Shown piece by piece: positions 9,842 through 18,074 of a DNA stretch of 64,000 nucleotides; the stretch's first letter is position 1, and the number at the start of each line of letters is the position of its first letter. The stretch comes from Alphaproteobacteria bacterium (GTDB lineage: Bacteria > Pseudomonadota > Alphaproteobacteria > UBA8366 > JADFVY01). The position numbers and the translations under genes are program-made. The DNA lies in the NCBI GenBank assembly GCA_041563955.1, contig JBFGQV010000002.1, positions 147 to 64,146 on the forward strand, in the 5' to 3' direction. The notes under the pieces are model-generated. The model ran no database searches, was not told the DNA's origin, and was given only the letters and a program-made list of their open reading frames with translations.

Positions 9842-10318
9842 ATGCGCACCTCTCCCAACACGATCCCGGGCCTGATCCTGCTGGTCACCGTGGGCGTGCT
9901 TTCGGCGGCCTACAGCGCCCAGTATATCGGCGGCCTGCGGCCCTGCATTCTCTGCCTGTACAGCCGCATCCCCTGGTTCATCGCCGGTGGGCTGATGCTG
10001 GTGACGATCCTGCTGCATTTTTCCGGTCCCGGGCGCCGCGGCATCCTCTTGCTGACCGGGCTGGCCATGCTGGTCGGCACCGGGATCAGTGTCTACCATG
10101 TCGGCGTCGAGCAGGGATACTTCCAGCCGCCGGACGCTTGCAGCGCCCAGGAAATGCCGGCCAATCTGGAGCAGCTCAAAGCGTTGCTGAACACCGCCGC
10201 GCCGCCACGCTGCGACGAGATTCCGTGGCAGATGTACGGGATATCGCTGGCCGGCTACAACGTCATCGCATCCTTTGCCATGGCTTTGGCCGCCTTCATC
10301 GGCATAAGGCGGGCGTGA
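9842..10318 (+). CDS. dsbB: Disulfide bond formation protein B (DsbB family)
   Basis: The first periplasmic loop carries a CxxC pair (RPCILCLY) and a second Cys pair occurs later (DACS...PPRCDE). Four hydrophobic segments. GGGAAAG lies 6 nt upstream of the ATG at 9842. Confidence 0.75.
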   Translation: MRTSPNTIPGLILLVTVGVLSAAYSAQYIGGLRPCILCLYSRIPWFIAGGLMLVTILLHFSGPGRRGILLLTGLAMLVGTGISVYHVGVEQGYFQPPDACSAQEMPANLEQLKALLNTAAPPRCDEIPWQMYGISLAGYNVIASFAMALAAFIGIRRA

Positions 10319-10902
10319 TGACGGCGCGCCGGACTGCCGACGGACCCGCGGCCGGGCCCCGCTGGCTCCCCGGCGATCCGGCCGGCCGCGCCGTGGTCGA
10401 GCGGATCGTGCGGGTCGACCATGCGGGCGAGTACGGGGCCAGCCGGATCTACGCGGGGCAGCTCGCGGTCCTCGGGCGCAAACACCCGGCCTACGGCGAA
10501 ATCCGGCGCATGGCGGAGCAGGAGGAACGTCATCTCAGGACGTTCGAGAAGCTGATCGTCGAGCGCCGCGTGCGGCCGACCGCGCTGGCACCGCTCTGGC
10601 ACGTCGCGGGGTTCGCCCTCGGCGCCGGCACGGCACTGCTGGGCGCGCGGGCGGCGATGGCTTGCACCGTGGCCATCGAGGAGACCATAGACGAGCACTA
10701 TGCGGGCCAGGCCGCGGCCCTGGAGGACCTGCCGGAGGAGTCGGAGCTCAAGGCGGTGGTCGAGGAGTTCCGCGCCGACGAACTGGAACACCGCGACACC
10801 GCGCTGGCGCACGGCGCCGAGGGGGCCCCCGGCTATCCGGTGCTGTCGGCGGCGATCAAGGCGGGCTCGCGGCTCGCCATCTGGCTGTCTGAGCGGGTGT
10901 AG
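10318..10902 (+). CDS. coq7: Demethoxyubiquinone hydroxylase (Coq7 family, di-iron)
   Basis: RVDHAGEYGA, EQEERHL, EETIDEHY and ELEHRD form the repeated ExxH di-iron motifs of Coq7. The ATG at 10318 overlaps the dsbB stop. Confidence 0.85.
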   Translation: MTARRTADGPAAGPRWLPGDPAGRAVVERIVRVDHAGEYGASRIYAGQLAVLGRKHPAYGEIRRMAEQEERHLRTFEKLIVERRVRPTALAPLWHVAGFALGAGTALLGARAAMACTVAIEETIDEHYAGQAAALEDLPEESELKAVVEEFRADELEHRDTALAHGAEGAPGYPVLSAAIKAGSRLAIWLSERV

Positions 10903-10953
10903 GGCGTCCGCCCGGGCGCATCCCGGAACAACCGCACCCGGACGCCGGCCCGA

Positions 10954-11517
10954 TCAGTACGGATCGAGCTCGGTATCCCAGTACAGGAAGTCACGCCAGG
11001 ATTCGTGCAGGAAGTTCGGCGGGAAGGCGCGGCCATGCTCCTGCAGCTGCCACGTCGTCGGCCGGTAGGGCGGGCGGCGCGGCACCATCCGGCACTCCCG
11101 CGGCAGGCGACTGCCCTTGCGCAGGTTGCAGGGTCCGCAGGCGGCGACGACGTTCTCCCAGATCGTCCGGCCGCCGCGCGAGCGCGGCACCACGTGATCG
11201 AAGGTCAGGTCATGGGCCGGCGCGGCATCGCCGCAGTACTGGCAGACAAAACGGTCGCGCAGGAACACGTTGAACCGCGTGAACGCGGCGCTGCGCTTGG
11301 TCGGCACATATTCCTTCAGGGAGATGACGCTTGGCAGGCGCATCTGCATGGACGGTGAGTGGACCTCGAGATCGTATTCCGAGACGATGTTGACGCGCTC
11401 GAGGAAGACTGCCTTCACCGCCTCCTGCCAGGGCCAGAGGGACAGGGGGAAGTAGCTGAGCGGCCGGAAGTCGGCGTTCAGCACCAGGGCCGGGCAGATA
11501 TGCGTTTCGACGGTCAT
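10954..11517 (-). CDS. HNH endonuclease domain protein
   Basis: 187 aa. CQYCG...DHVVPRSRGGRTIWENVVAACGPCNLRKG is a complete HNH/zinc-finger motif. Confidence 0.8.
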   Translation of the reverse strand: MTVETHICPALVLNADFRPLSYFPLSLWPWQEAVKAVFLERVNIVSEYDLEVHSPSMQMRLPSVISLKEYVPTKRSAAFTRFNVFLRDRFVCQYCGDAAPAHDLTFDHVVPRSRGGRTIWENVVAACGPCNLRKGSRLPRECRMVPRRPPYRPTTWQLQEHGRAFPPNFLHESWRDFLYWDTELDPY

Positions 11518-11679
11518 CCTTCTGTCATCGTTTTGCCGTGTCGGGATGGGCGCCCCGACACGCGCATTGTAGATACCCGACCGTTAAGGCAATTACAAGA
11601 TATCGTGGCTTTTGAGACGATTACGACACGATAGGGGCTAGAAACGGTCATCCGGCGAGGGTTCGGACCGCCGGGAACC

Positions 11680-12309
11680 CTAACGCCCGGTCCAGGAATA
11701 GTAATGCCACAGCAGCAATGCCGCGGGACCGCGCCACGGGCGCCAGGTCTCGGCGATTTCCATCAGAGCGGCCCGGTCCGGGCGCGCGTCGAGCCGCTTG
11801 AGCCGCTGCGCGCCGATCATCAGGGCGAGGTCGTCGGCCGGGAAGGCGTCCGGACGGCCAAGCGCGAACAGAAGATAGATCTCGGCGCTCCAGCGACCGA
11901 TGCCGCGCAACCGCACCAGCTCGTCGATCACGTCGCCGTCGGCCCGGCCGGCGAGACCGTCGAGTTCGACGGCGCCGGACAGCACGGCCTCTGCCAGGCT
12001 GCGCGCGTAGCCCGCCTTCTGGCGGCTCAGCCCGACGGCGCGCAGCGCATCCTCGTCGAGTGCGAGCACGGTCTGCGGGCTCAGCGGATCGGCGGCGCGC
12101 ACCAGCCGGTCCCAGATCGTCGCCGCCGCGGCCTTCGACACCTGCTGCGCGACGATCGCGCCGAGCAGCGCCTCGAAGCCCGGCTCGCGGCGACGCAGCG
12201 GCGGCGGCCCGGCCTCCGTCAGCGCCCGTGCAACGTCGCCATCGGTCGCCGCGAGCGCAGCAAGGCCCTGCTCGAGCGTGTCTTCGGTCAGAACGAGAGC
12301 TGGCGCCAT
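11680..12309 (-). CDS. alkA: DNA-3-methyladenine glycosylase II (HhH-GPD family, AlkA-like)
   Basis: 209 aa. LRGIGRWSAEIYLLFALGRPDAFPADDLAL is the helix-hairpin-helix plus catalytic Asp region of AlkA-type glycosylases. Confidence 0.75.
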   Translation of the reverse strand: MAPALVLTEDTLEQGLAALAATDGDVARALTEAGPPPLRRREPGFEALLGAIVAQQVSKAAAATIWDRLVRAADPLSPQTVLALDEDALRAVGLSRQKAGYARSLAEAVLSGAVELDGLAGRADGDVIDELVRLRGIGRWSAEIYLLFALGRPDAFPADDLALMIGAQRLKRLDARPDRAALMEIAETWRPWRGPAALLLWHYYSWTGR

Positions 12310-12318
12310 GGCGCCAGC
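12299..12318. repeat. Perfect 20-nt palindrome GCTGGCGCCATGGCGCCAGC spanning the alkA start codon
   Basis: Read directly. It is self-complementary. The central CATG contains the alkA ATG on the minus strand. It shares a 19-nt core with the site at 14342-14360. Confidence 0.8.
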
Positions 12319-12321
12319 CTA

Positions 12322-13365
12322 CTAGACGCCGGCGTCGCGCAAAAGGGGCTCAAGCGAGGGGTGAATGTTCGACGATGTGTTACGGATGAAGGCCAGCAAC
12401 GCCCTCTCGTTATCGTCCAGCGTGTTGTCGCGGTTCAGGCGGCCCAGCAACCAGCGCGCCTCCTCCTCGTCCACAGCCTCGCGTTCGAGCGCAATGCCGG
12501 CGTCGCGCGCTTCCGCCTCGAGGTCGCGCGCACGCACCGGCTTGTTGATGGCCTGCAGCGCGAGCGAGAACCGCGCTTCGAGATCCGCACGGCGGCGACC
12601 GAATGTCTCGCTCGTGATCTTCGCCGTCTCGCTGCCGACCTTCTTGAGAAAACCGCCGACGCCGTCCCGCTCCTTCAGCCACTGTTCGCGACGCAGCACC
12701 TCCTCCGCGGTTGGCGGCGCCGGAATCTCACGCGGAAACATCAGGTGGTTGCCGATCGCATAGACGAAGAGGCTCTTCCAGGCCGCGGCATTCTCTTCGC
12801 GGACGGTGCCGTCGTTGAGATCGAAGAGCGCGTCGGCCTCTGCGCGCGTAACGCGGATCCTGCCGGCGCTGGCCGGCGCATAGACGGCGCGCTTGATCAA
12901 CTCGATATCGATGGCGTCGATGACCTTGGGTCTGCGATCGCGACCATACGCCGCGGCATCGGGCTCCAGGACGCTCTCCTTCACCGCAAGCAGGACGAAT
13001 TCCGCCAGTTCGGCCGGCACCCATTCTGCCCAGTGCAGGATATTGGCCAGCGCCTCCAGCTCCGTCGCGCTGTCGATCCGGTTGTTGCGCAGGATCTGCC
13101 GGCGCAGATAGCGGGCCTTGTCGTCATCGACATAGCCCCGGGGCACCGCCTTCCAGACGAAGTAGTCGGTCAGCGTGTCGACAAAGAGCTGGTCCCAGCT
13201 CTCGTGCTTCTCGCGGCATTCGTCGTTGAGCCGAAAGACCGCGTCGATCTCGGCCTGATCGGCCTCGCCATCCTCGAAGATCTCGCGGCGCAGGCGTACG
13301 ACATCGTCCGCGGTCATGCAGCCGCGGGCAAGTACGGCCTCGGCTGTTGCCAGAGCTTGCGACAT
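12322..13365 (-). CDS. Hypothetical protein with four TerB-like repeats
   Basis: Start chosen at MSQALATAEAV (ATG at 13365). About 35-aa units recur with the pattern [VI]-x-x-[DE]-[DE]-A-R-x-L...D-x-x-E-x-x-AL, for example VTRAEADALFDLNDG and VDEEEARWLLGRLNRDNTLDDNERALLAFI. GC3-rich codon usage. Lies 12 nt upstream of alkA on the same strand. Confidence 0.6.
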   Translation of the reverse strand: MSQALATAEAVLARGCMTADDVVRLRREIFEDGEADQAEIDAVFRLNDECREKHESWDQLFVDTLTDYFVWKAVPRGYVDDDKARYLRRQILRNNRIDSATELEALANILHWAEWVPAELAEFVLLAVKESVLEPDAAAYGRDRRPKVIDAIDIELIKRAVYAPASAGRIRVTRAEADALFDLNDGTVREENAAAWKSLFVYAIGNHLMFPREIPAPPTAEEVLRREQWLKERDGVGGFLKKVGSETAKITSETFGRRRADLEARFSLALQAINKPVRARDLEAEARDAGIALEREAVDEEEARWLLGRLNRDNTLDDNERALLAFIRNTSSNIHPSLEPLLRDAGV

Positions 13366-13482
13366 GGTCTCTAAAGGTCCTCCCGCGCTGTTGGCGCACC
13401 ATCGCAGACGCGTCGGTGAGCAGAATTCCGTGTCGGGCCGGCATTCGCATCGGATGCCGTCGGCCCTTATAGTCCGCATCCT

Positions 13483-14337
13483 ATGAATGAATTACAAACG
13501 ACCGTGACCCGTTTCGCGCCCAGCCCGACCGGCCGGCTGCATGTCGGCCACGCCTACAGCGCCCTGTTCGCGGCGCGCGGCGCTGCGGATGCGGGCGGGC
13601 GCTTTCTGCTGCGCATCGAGGATATCGACAAGGGCCGCTGCCGGCGGGAATTCGAGGACGGGATCTACGAGGACCTCGCATGGCTGGGACTGACCTGGGA
13701 ACGACCGGTGCGGCGCCAGTCCGCGCAACTGGGCGATTATCGGGCCGCACTTGAACAACTACATAAGATGGACCTGTTATATCCCTGTTTTTGCACGAGA
13801 AAAGAAATCATGCAGGAGGTGGACTCCGCAAACCGTGCGCCACACGGCCCGGACGGACCGCTCTACCCCGGCACCTGCCGCGCGCATACGACGGAAGAGC
13901 GCCGCGACCTTATCGCGGCCGGCGAGCCGCACGCGTTGCGGCTCGACATGGCGAAGGCGGCGTTCCTCGCAGGACCGCTGACGTTCACGGATCTTGAGCG
14001 CGGGACGATCGCGGTCGACGGCCCCGGCTGCGGCGATGTCGTGCTGGCCCGCAAGGACGTGCCGACCAGCTACCACCTTGCGGTCTCCGTCGACGATGCG
14101 ATCCAGGGCGTCACGCTGGTCACCCGCGGCGCCGATCTGCTGCACGCGACCCACGTCCACCGGATCCTGCAGGCCCTGCTGGACCTGCCAGAGCCGCAAT
14201 ACCGCCACCACAAGCTGCTGACCGGCGCCGACGGCCGGCGTTTCGCCAAGCGCGACCGCAGCCTGACCCTTGCGGCGCTGCGTGCGGACGGCAAAAGCCC
14301 GGCGGAAGTGCGGGCGATGGCAGGGTTTCCCGATTGA
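13483..14337 (+). CDS. gluQ: tRNA glutamyl-Q(34) synthetase (GluQRS)
   Basis: RFAPSPTGRLHVGHAYSALF (HIGH-type motif), FLLRIEDID and the short 284-aa length without an anticodon-binding domain are characteristic of GluQRS. Confidence 0.85.
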   Translation: MNELQTTVTRFAPSPTGRLHVGHAYSALFAARGAADAGGRFLLRIEDIDKGRCRREFEDGIYEDLAWLGLTWERPVRRQSAQLGDYRAALEQLHKMDLLYPCFCTRKEIMQEVDSANRAPHGPDGPLYPGTCRAHTTEERRDLIAAGEPHALRLDMAKAAFLAGPLTFTDLERGTIAVDGPGCGDVVLARKDVPTSYHLAVSVDDAIQGVTLVTRGADLLHATHVHRILQALLDLPEPQYRHHKLLTGADGRRFAKRDRSLTLAALRADGKSPAEVRAMAGFPD

Positions 14338-14341
14338 CGGT

Positions 14342-14360
14342 CTGGCGCCATGGCGCCAGC
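14342..14360. repeat. Second copy of the CTGGCGCCATGGCGCCAGC palindrome, between the convergent gluQ and Nudix genes
   Basis: Read directly. The 18-nt perfect palindrome lies in the 31-nt gap between the stops at 14337 and 14369 and could form a 7-bp hairpin with a CATG loop. Confidence 0.8.
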
Positions 14361-14368
14361 TCCGGACC

Positions 14369-15256
14369 CTATCCTGTTCGTCCAAGGCCGCGGCAAAGCT
14401 GGACGTAATCCGGCTCGTTGTCGGCGTCGATCAGGCCGTGGCGGAGCAGGAAGTCGATGATGACGAGGCTGCAGTTGAACTTGAACGCGAAGCTCTCGCG
14501 CACGGTTTCGATGACCCGCGCGATGGGCCACAATTCGAACGCCTCCACCTCGCCGTCGGTGTTGCGCGGCGTGAATACCGCCGGCAGCTCCAGGTCGTAG
14601 CAGAACTGCTGGTCGGGTTTCAGCCCTTCCTCGCACTGGTGGCAGTAGGCGATCGACCCGACGGGACGGGCCCGGGCGGCGAGACCGGCCGGGATATCGG
14701 CCTCCTCGGCGCACTCCTTGACGACGTTCTCCGTCAGCCCGATTCCAATCGGCTGGCCGCCAGCCACCATGTTGTCGAGCATGCCCGGATAGGTCGGCTT
14801 GTCGCGTGCGCGCCGCGCGACCCACATGTGGATGCCGTCGGATTTGCGCACGTAGCCGTTGACGTGCACGCCCCAGCTGCGCACGCCGAGCCACGGGCAG
14901 GTTGCACGCTCGATCTGCAGCAGCGGCGCCTCGCCCCATTGGCGCATCACCGGGTACATCTCACCGTGCCAGTCCGGGAATTCGCCGGCCTCGCGCAGGG
15001 CGCCGAGCATCCCGTCGAACGCGGCGCTGCGGTTTGCGAAGCCGTCGAGGCCCGGGGCCAGCGTCACGCCGTCCGGCCCGACCGTCACAGCATCGGCAAA
15101 CGCCCGCAGCCGGTCGACCCGGTCGCGCCGGATCCGGCCGACCGTCTGTCCGGCCACGTCGAACGGGACGAAGTCGTTGGGAGTCCAGTTGTTGCAGTGG
15201 CGGATATGATCGATGAAAGCCACGATTGGGGGGTCACCCCACCGGCGGCGGCGCAT
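14369..15256 (-). CDS. Nudix-family hydrolase with N-terminal DUF4743-like domain (start uncertain; alternative GTG at 15223)
   Basis: A degenerate Nudix box GGQPIGIGLTENVVKECAEEADI is present. The overall layout resembles thiamine-pyrophosphokinase-related Nudix proteins. The 5' end overlaps the cyclase stop by 23 nt if 15256 is the start. Confidence 0.7.
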   Translation of the reverse strand: MRRRRWGDPPIVAFIDHIRHCNNWTPNDFVPFDVAGQTVGRIRRDRVDRLRAFADAVTVGPDGVTLAPGLDGFANRSAAFDGMLGALREAGEFPDWHGEMYPVMRQWGEAPLLQIERATCPWLGVRSWGVHVNGYVRKSDGIHMWVARRARDKPTYPGMLDNMVAGGQPIGIGLTENVVKECAEEADIPAGLAARARPVGSIAYCHQCEEGLKPDQQFCYDLELPAVFTPRNTDGEVEAFELWPIARVIETVRESFAFKFNCSLVIIDFLLRHGLIDADNEPDYVQLCRGLGRTG

Positions 15257-16460
15257 ACACGCGCCGCGCCGATTCGACTCCGCGCAGCGCGGTCTCCCCC
15301 AGCGCCTCCCAGTCCAGCGGCAACAGGTGCGAAAATGCGTTCGAGACGACGATCCGCCGGCCGAGCGTCTTGGTCAGGCCCTCGAGCCGCACGGCCTCGT
15401 TGACGGCCGGCCCAATGGCGGTGAAGTCGATCCGCTCCGGCACTCCGACATTGCCGAACAGCACCTCGCCGACATGGAGGGCGAGGCCGAATTCAAGCGG
15501 CGGTTCGCCGCGCTCGACGTGCACCGCGTTCAGCCGTCCCAGGCGGCGCTCGGCATCCTGCGCCGCGGCCCAGGCCATGCGGGCGGCGCGCGGGCCGCCG
15601 CCCGGGCCCTCGATGTGGAAGATCGCCAGCACCGCATCGCCGATGAAGCGCAGCACCTCGCCGCCGTGGTCGAGCACCGCGCCCGCCGTGCATTCGAAAT
15701 ACCCGTTCAGCAGTTCCAGGAACGCCGGTCCGGCCAGACGCTCTGCCAGCGACGTCGAGTCGCGGAGGTCGCTGTACCAGATTACGGCGTTCAGGAGGGC
15801 GCCGTCACCCCGCCGGATCTGGCCCTCCAGCACGCGCCGTCCTGCGTTGGGGCCGAGATAGGCGGTGACGACATTGCGCGCCGTCTGCTCGCGCTTCGCC
15901 ATCTTGATGCCGACAGCGAGTCGGCCCTGGACGCGCCGTAACACCGAGAGATCCTGATCCTCGAATCCGCCGGGCCGATCAGTGGCCCAGCTCACCATCA
16001 TGCCATCCTGCTGCTGCCGGGCCTGCGATTCGATGCCGAACAGCGACAGACATGCAAAATACTCGGTGATGCCGCAATGCCGCAGCTCGACCAGAAGCGG
16101 GTATTTCGCCCAGGCGCCGCCCGCCACCGCCAGCGGTATCCGCAACTCGGTCTCACCGCTGTCCTCAAGGCGCTTCAGCGGACTCTGCTCCCATTCGCGG
16201 CTCGGCTCGTCGGTCCGGCGGTGACTTAGCAGCTCCGGCGCCTGGCCGCGCCACCAACGAAAACTGATAGCGCCGACCAGCGGATGAAGGGTGCGAACAG
16301 CCAGATGACCCCGGCGCAATGGAACGCCCGCCTTGCACAGGCGGTCGCACACGCCGACGAAGAGCTTTTCCATGTCGGCGTCGATCAGCGACTGGCTCAC
16401 CACCCAGTCGGTGATTTCACGGATGGCGGCGTCTCGGCTGGCGTCCATCATGTCTCCCAT
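15234..16460 (-). CDS. Class III adenylate/guanylate cyclase with uncharacterised N-terminal sensor domain
   Basis: 408 aa. The C-terminal half contains VIWYSDLRDSTSLAE, RFIGDAVLAIF and GPAVNEAVRLEG, which are classical CHD cyclase motifs. Confidence 0.85.
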   Translation of the reverse strand: MGDMMDASRDAAIREITDWVVSQSLIDADMEKLFVGVCDRLCKAGVPLRRGHLAVRTLHPLVGAISFRWWRGQAPELLSHRRTDEPSREWEQSPLKRLEDSGETELRIPLAVAGGAWAKYPLLVELRHCGITEYFACLSLFGIESQARQQQDGMMVSWATDRPGGFEDQDLSVLRRVQGRLAVGIKMAKREQTARNVVTAYLGPNAGRRVLEGQIRRGDGALLNAVIWYSDLRDSTSLAERLAGPAFLELLNGYFECTAGAVLDHGGEVLRFIGDAVLAIFHIEGPGGGPRAARMAWAAAQDAERRLGRLNAVHVERGEPPLEFGLALHVGEVLFGNVGVPERIDFTAIGPAVNEAVRLEGLTKTLGRRIVVSNAFSHLLPLDWEALGETALRGVESARRVYAPPPVG

Positions 16461-16545
16461 TCAGGGAAATCTGGACTCATCGCGCGAGTTCGGCAAGCGG
16501 ATCGGCGGGCGCGTCGGGTCCCCTCGCCGGTGGGCGGTCGGCCAC

Positions 16546-16866
16546 TCACCCCTTTTCCGCCGTCAGCACCGTCGACACGCCCCAGACCTGGCGCAGGCAG
16601 CCGGCGATGTGGCGCGCCATTTGCGCCTCCATGCCCTGCACTTGCAGATCGATCGTCAACTCGCCGGTCGGGGCGATCCTGCTGTGCCACAGGCTGGGCA
16701 CCAGCCCGCGCTTTGCGAACAACTCCAGCACACGCGGCATGATGCCGGGGTCGGCATCGGCGACGACGGAAAAACAGGCGGTGGTATTCTGGCTCTGCGG
16801 CGCGAATGAGCGCTCAACGAAATCCCGGTACATGTAACGCAGCCTCATAGGTCTGGGGGTATGCAC
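16546..16866 (-). CDS. Small ACT-like domain protein (hypothetical; start uncertain: GTG 16866, ATG 16848 or 16833)
   Basis: ACFSVVADADPGIMPRVLELFAKRGLVPSLWHS...LTIDLQV follows the beta-alpha-beta ACT pattern seen in acetolactate synthase small subunits. Confidence 0.5.
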   Translation of the reverse strand: MHTPRPMRLRYMYRDFVERSFAPQSQNTTACFSVVADADPGIMPRVLELFAKRGLVPSLWHSRIAPTGELTIDLQVQGMEAQMARHIAGCLRQVWGVSTVLTAEKG

Positions 16867-17018
16867 GAATCAATGCGGCCCGGCCCTCGATAAGGGCCGG
16901 GAGGCTAATTCGCGCCCCGAGACGTTTGTTGCACTGCGTCATCATGAGGACGGCACAATACGCCCGCCGCCGGCCGGAATCAAGGGAGGCGGGAAGACGG
17001 TCTCACCGGGGCCCGCGG

Positions 17019-17954
17019 CTACGACGGGATCAGCTGGATCAGCACCGCCAGGCTGCCCAGCGCCAACGCCGTGGACAGCACCACCGACATGCCGATTCCA
17101 CCGGACGCGACCTCGTAGCGGTGGGCCAGCACGAAGACGTTGATTCCCGCCGGCATCGCCGCCAGGAGCACGGCGACCCAGACCCACGAGTCCTGGACGG
17201 CGAACACCTGCGTTGCCAGCACCCAGACGATGGCTGGATGCAGCACGAGCTTGACCGCCGAGACGACGAACGCCTCCTTCAGGCCGCCGGTCACCGGATA
17301 CTGGGCAAGGACCCCGCCCAGCGCGAACAGCGCGAGGGGCCCGGCGGTATCGGCCAGGGTCGCGATCACGTTGTCGATCGGGCCGGGCAACGGCGGTCCA
17401 TACAATCCGTAAAGCGCGCCGGCGACGAGCGCGACGATGAACGGGTTGTGGATCAGCTCGCCGACGGTCTCCTTCGCCACCTTGCCGATGGTGCCGCCCT
17501 GGCGCCGGCCGACGCTGATCACCGTGACCACCAGCGGCACCATGATCAGCCCGTGCACGCCGATCAGGATGAACAGCGGAACAGTTGCCGAGTCGCCGAG
17601 AATGCCGAGCACCACGGGAATGCCCATCAGCACCGTGTTGGAATACGAGGCGGCACCGCCGAACACGCCCTGGTGCGACAGCCCGTTATGGAAGATGCCG
17701 CCCGCCGCGAGCATGCCGATGACGAAGGCGGCGAGCGCGCCCAGATAGTAGGACAGCAGGAAGCCCCAGGGGATTTCAGCGGGAATGGTCGCGCGGGAGG
17801 TATAGCGGAACAGCAGCAGCGGGACGGCGACGCCGAACACGTAATGCGCGACGCCGTCGACTCCGATCTGGCGGAACAGCCGCAGCTTCGCCATCAGCCA
17901 TCCGATCAGGACGATGGTGAAGGTGGGCAGGATGCTGTCAAGGACGCTGTCCAA
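17019..17954 (-). CDS. AEC (auxin efflux carrier) family transporter, copy 1
   Basis: A TTG start at 17954 is preceded by GGAGG about 8 nt upstream. The N-terminus LDSVLDSILPTFTIVLIGW is typical of AEC permeases. About 10 hydrophobic segments. Confidence 0.8.
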   Translation of the reverse strand: MDSVLDSILPTFTIVLIGWLMAKLRLFRQIGVDGVAHYVFGVAVPLLLFRYTSRATIPAEIPWGFLLSYYLGALAAFVIGMLAAGGIFHNGLSHQGVFGGAASYSNTVLMGIPVVLGILGDSATVPLFILIGVHGLIMVPLVVTVISVGRRQGGTIGKVAKETVGELIHNPFIVALVAGALYGLYGPPLPGPIDNVIATLADTAGPLALFALGGVLAQYPVTGGLKEAFVVSAVKLVLHPAIVWVLATQVFAVQDSWVWVAVLLAAMPAGINVFVLAHRYEVASGGIGMSVVLSTALALGSLAVLIQLIPS

Positions 17955-18074
17955 TTTGCCAATCCTCCGTGCGGCGCCGACGCGGACATCGTTGCGGCCG
18001 GCGCGGCATGGCCAGATTAGGCGGGGAAAGCTGAATTTTGGGTTACCGGCCGGCACCGGCGCGCGGCCGGACCG

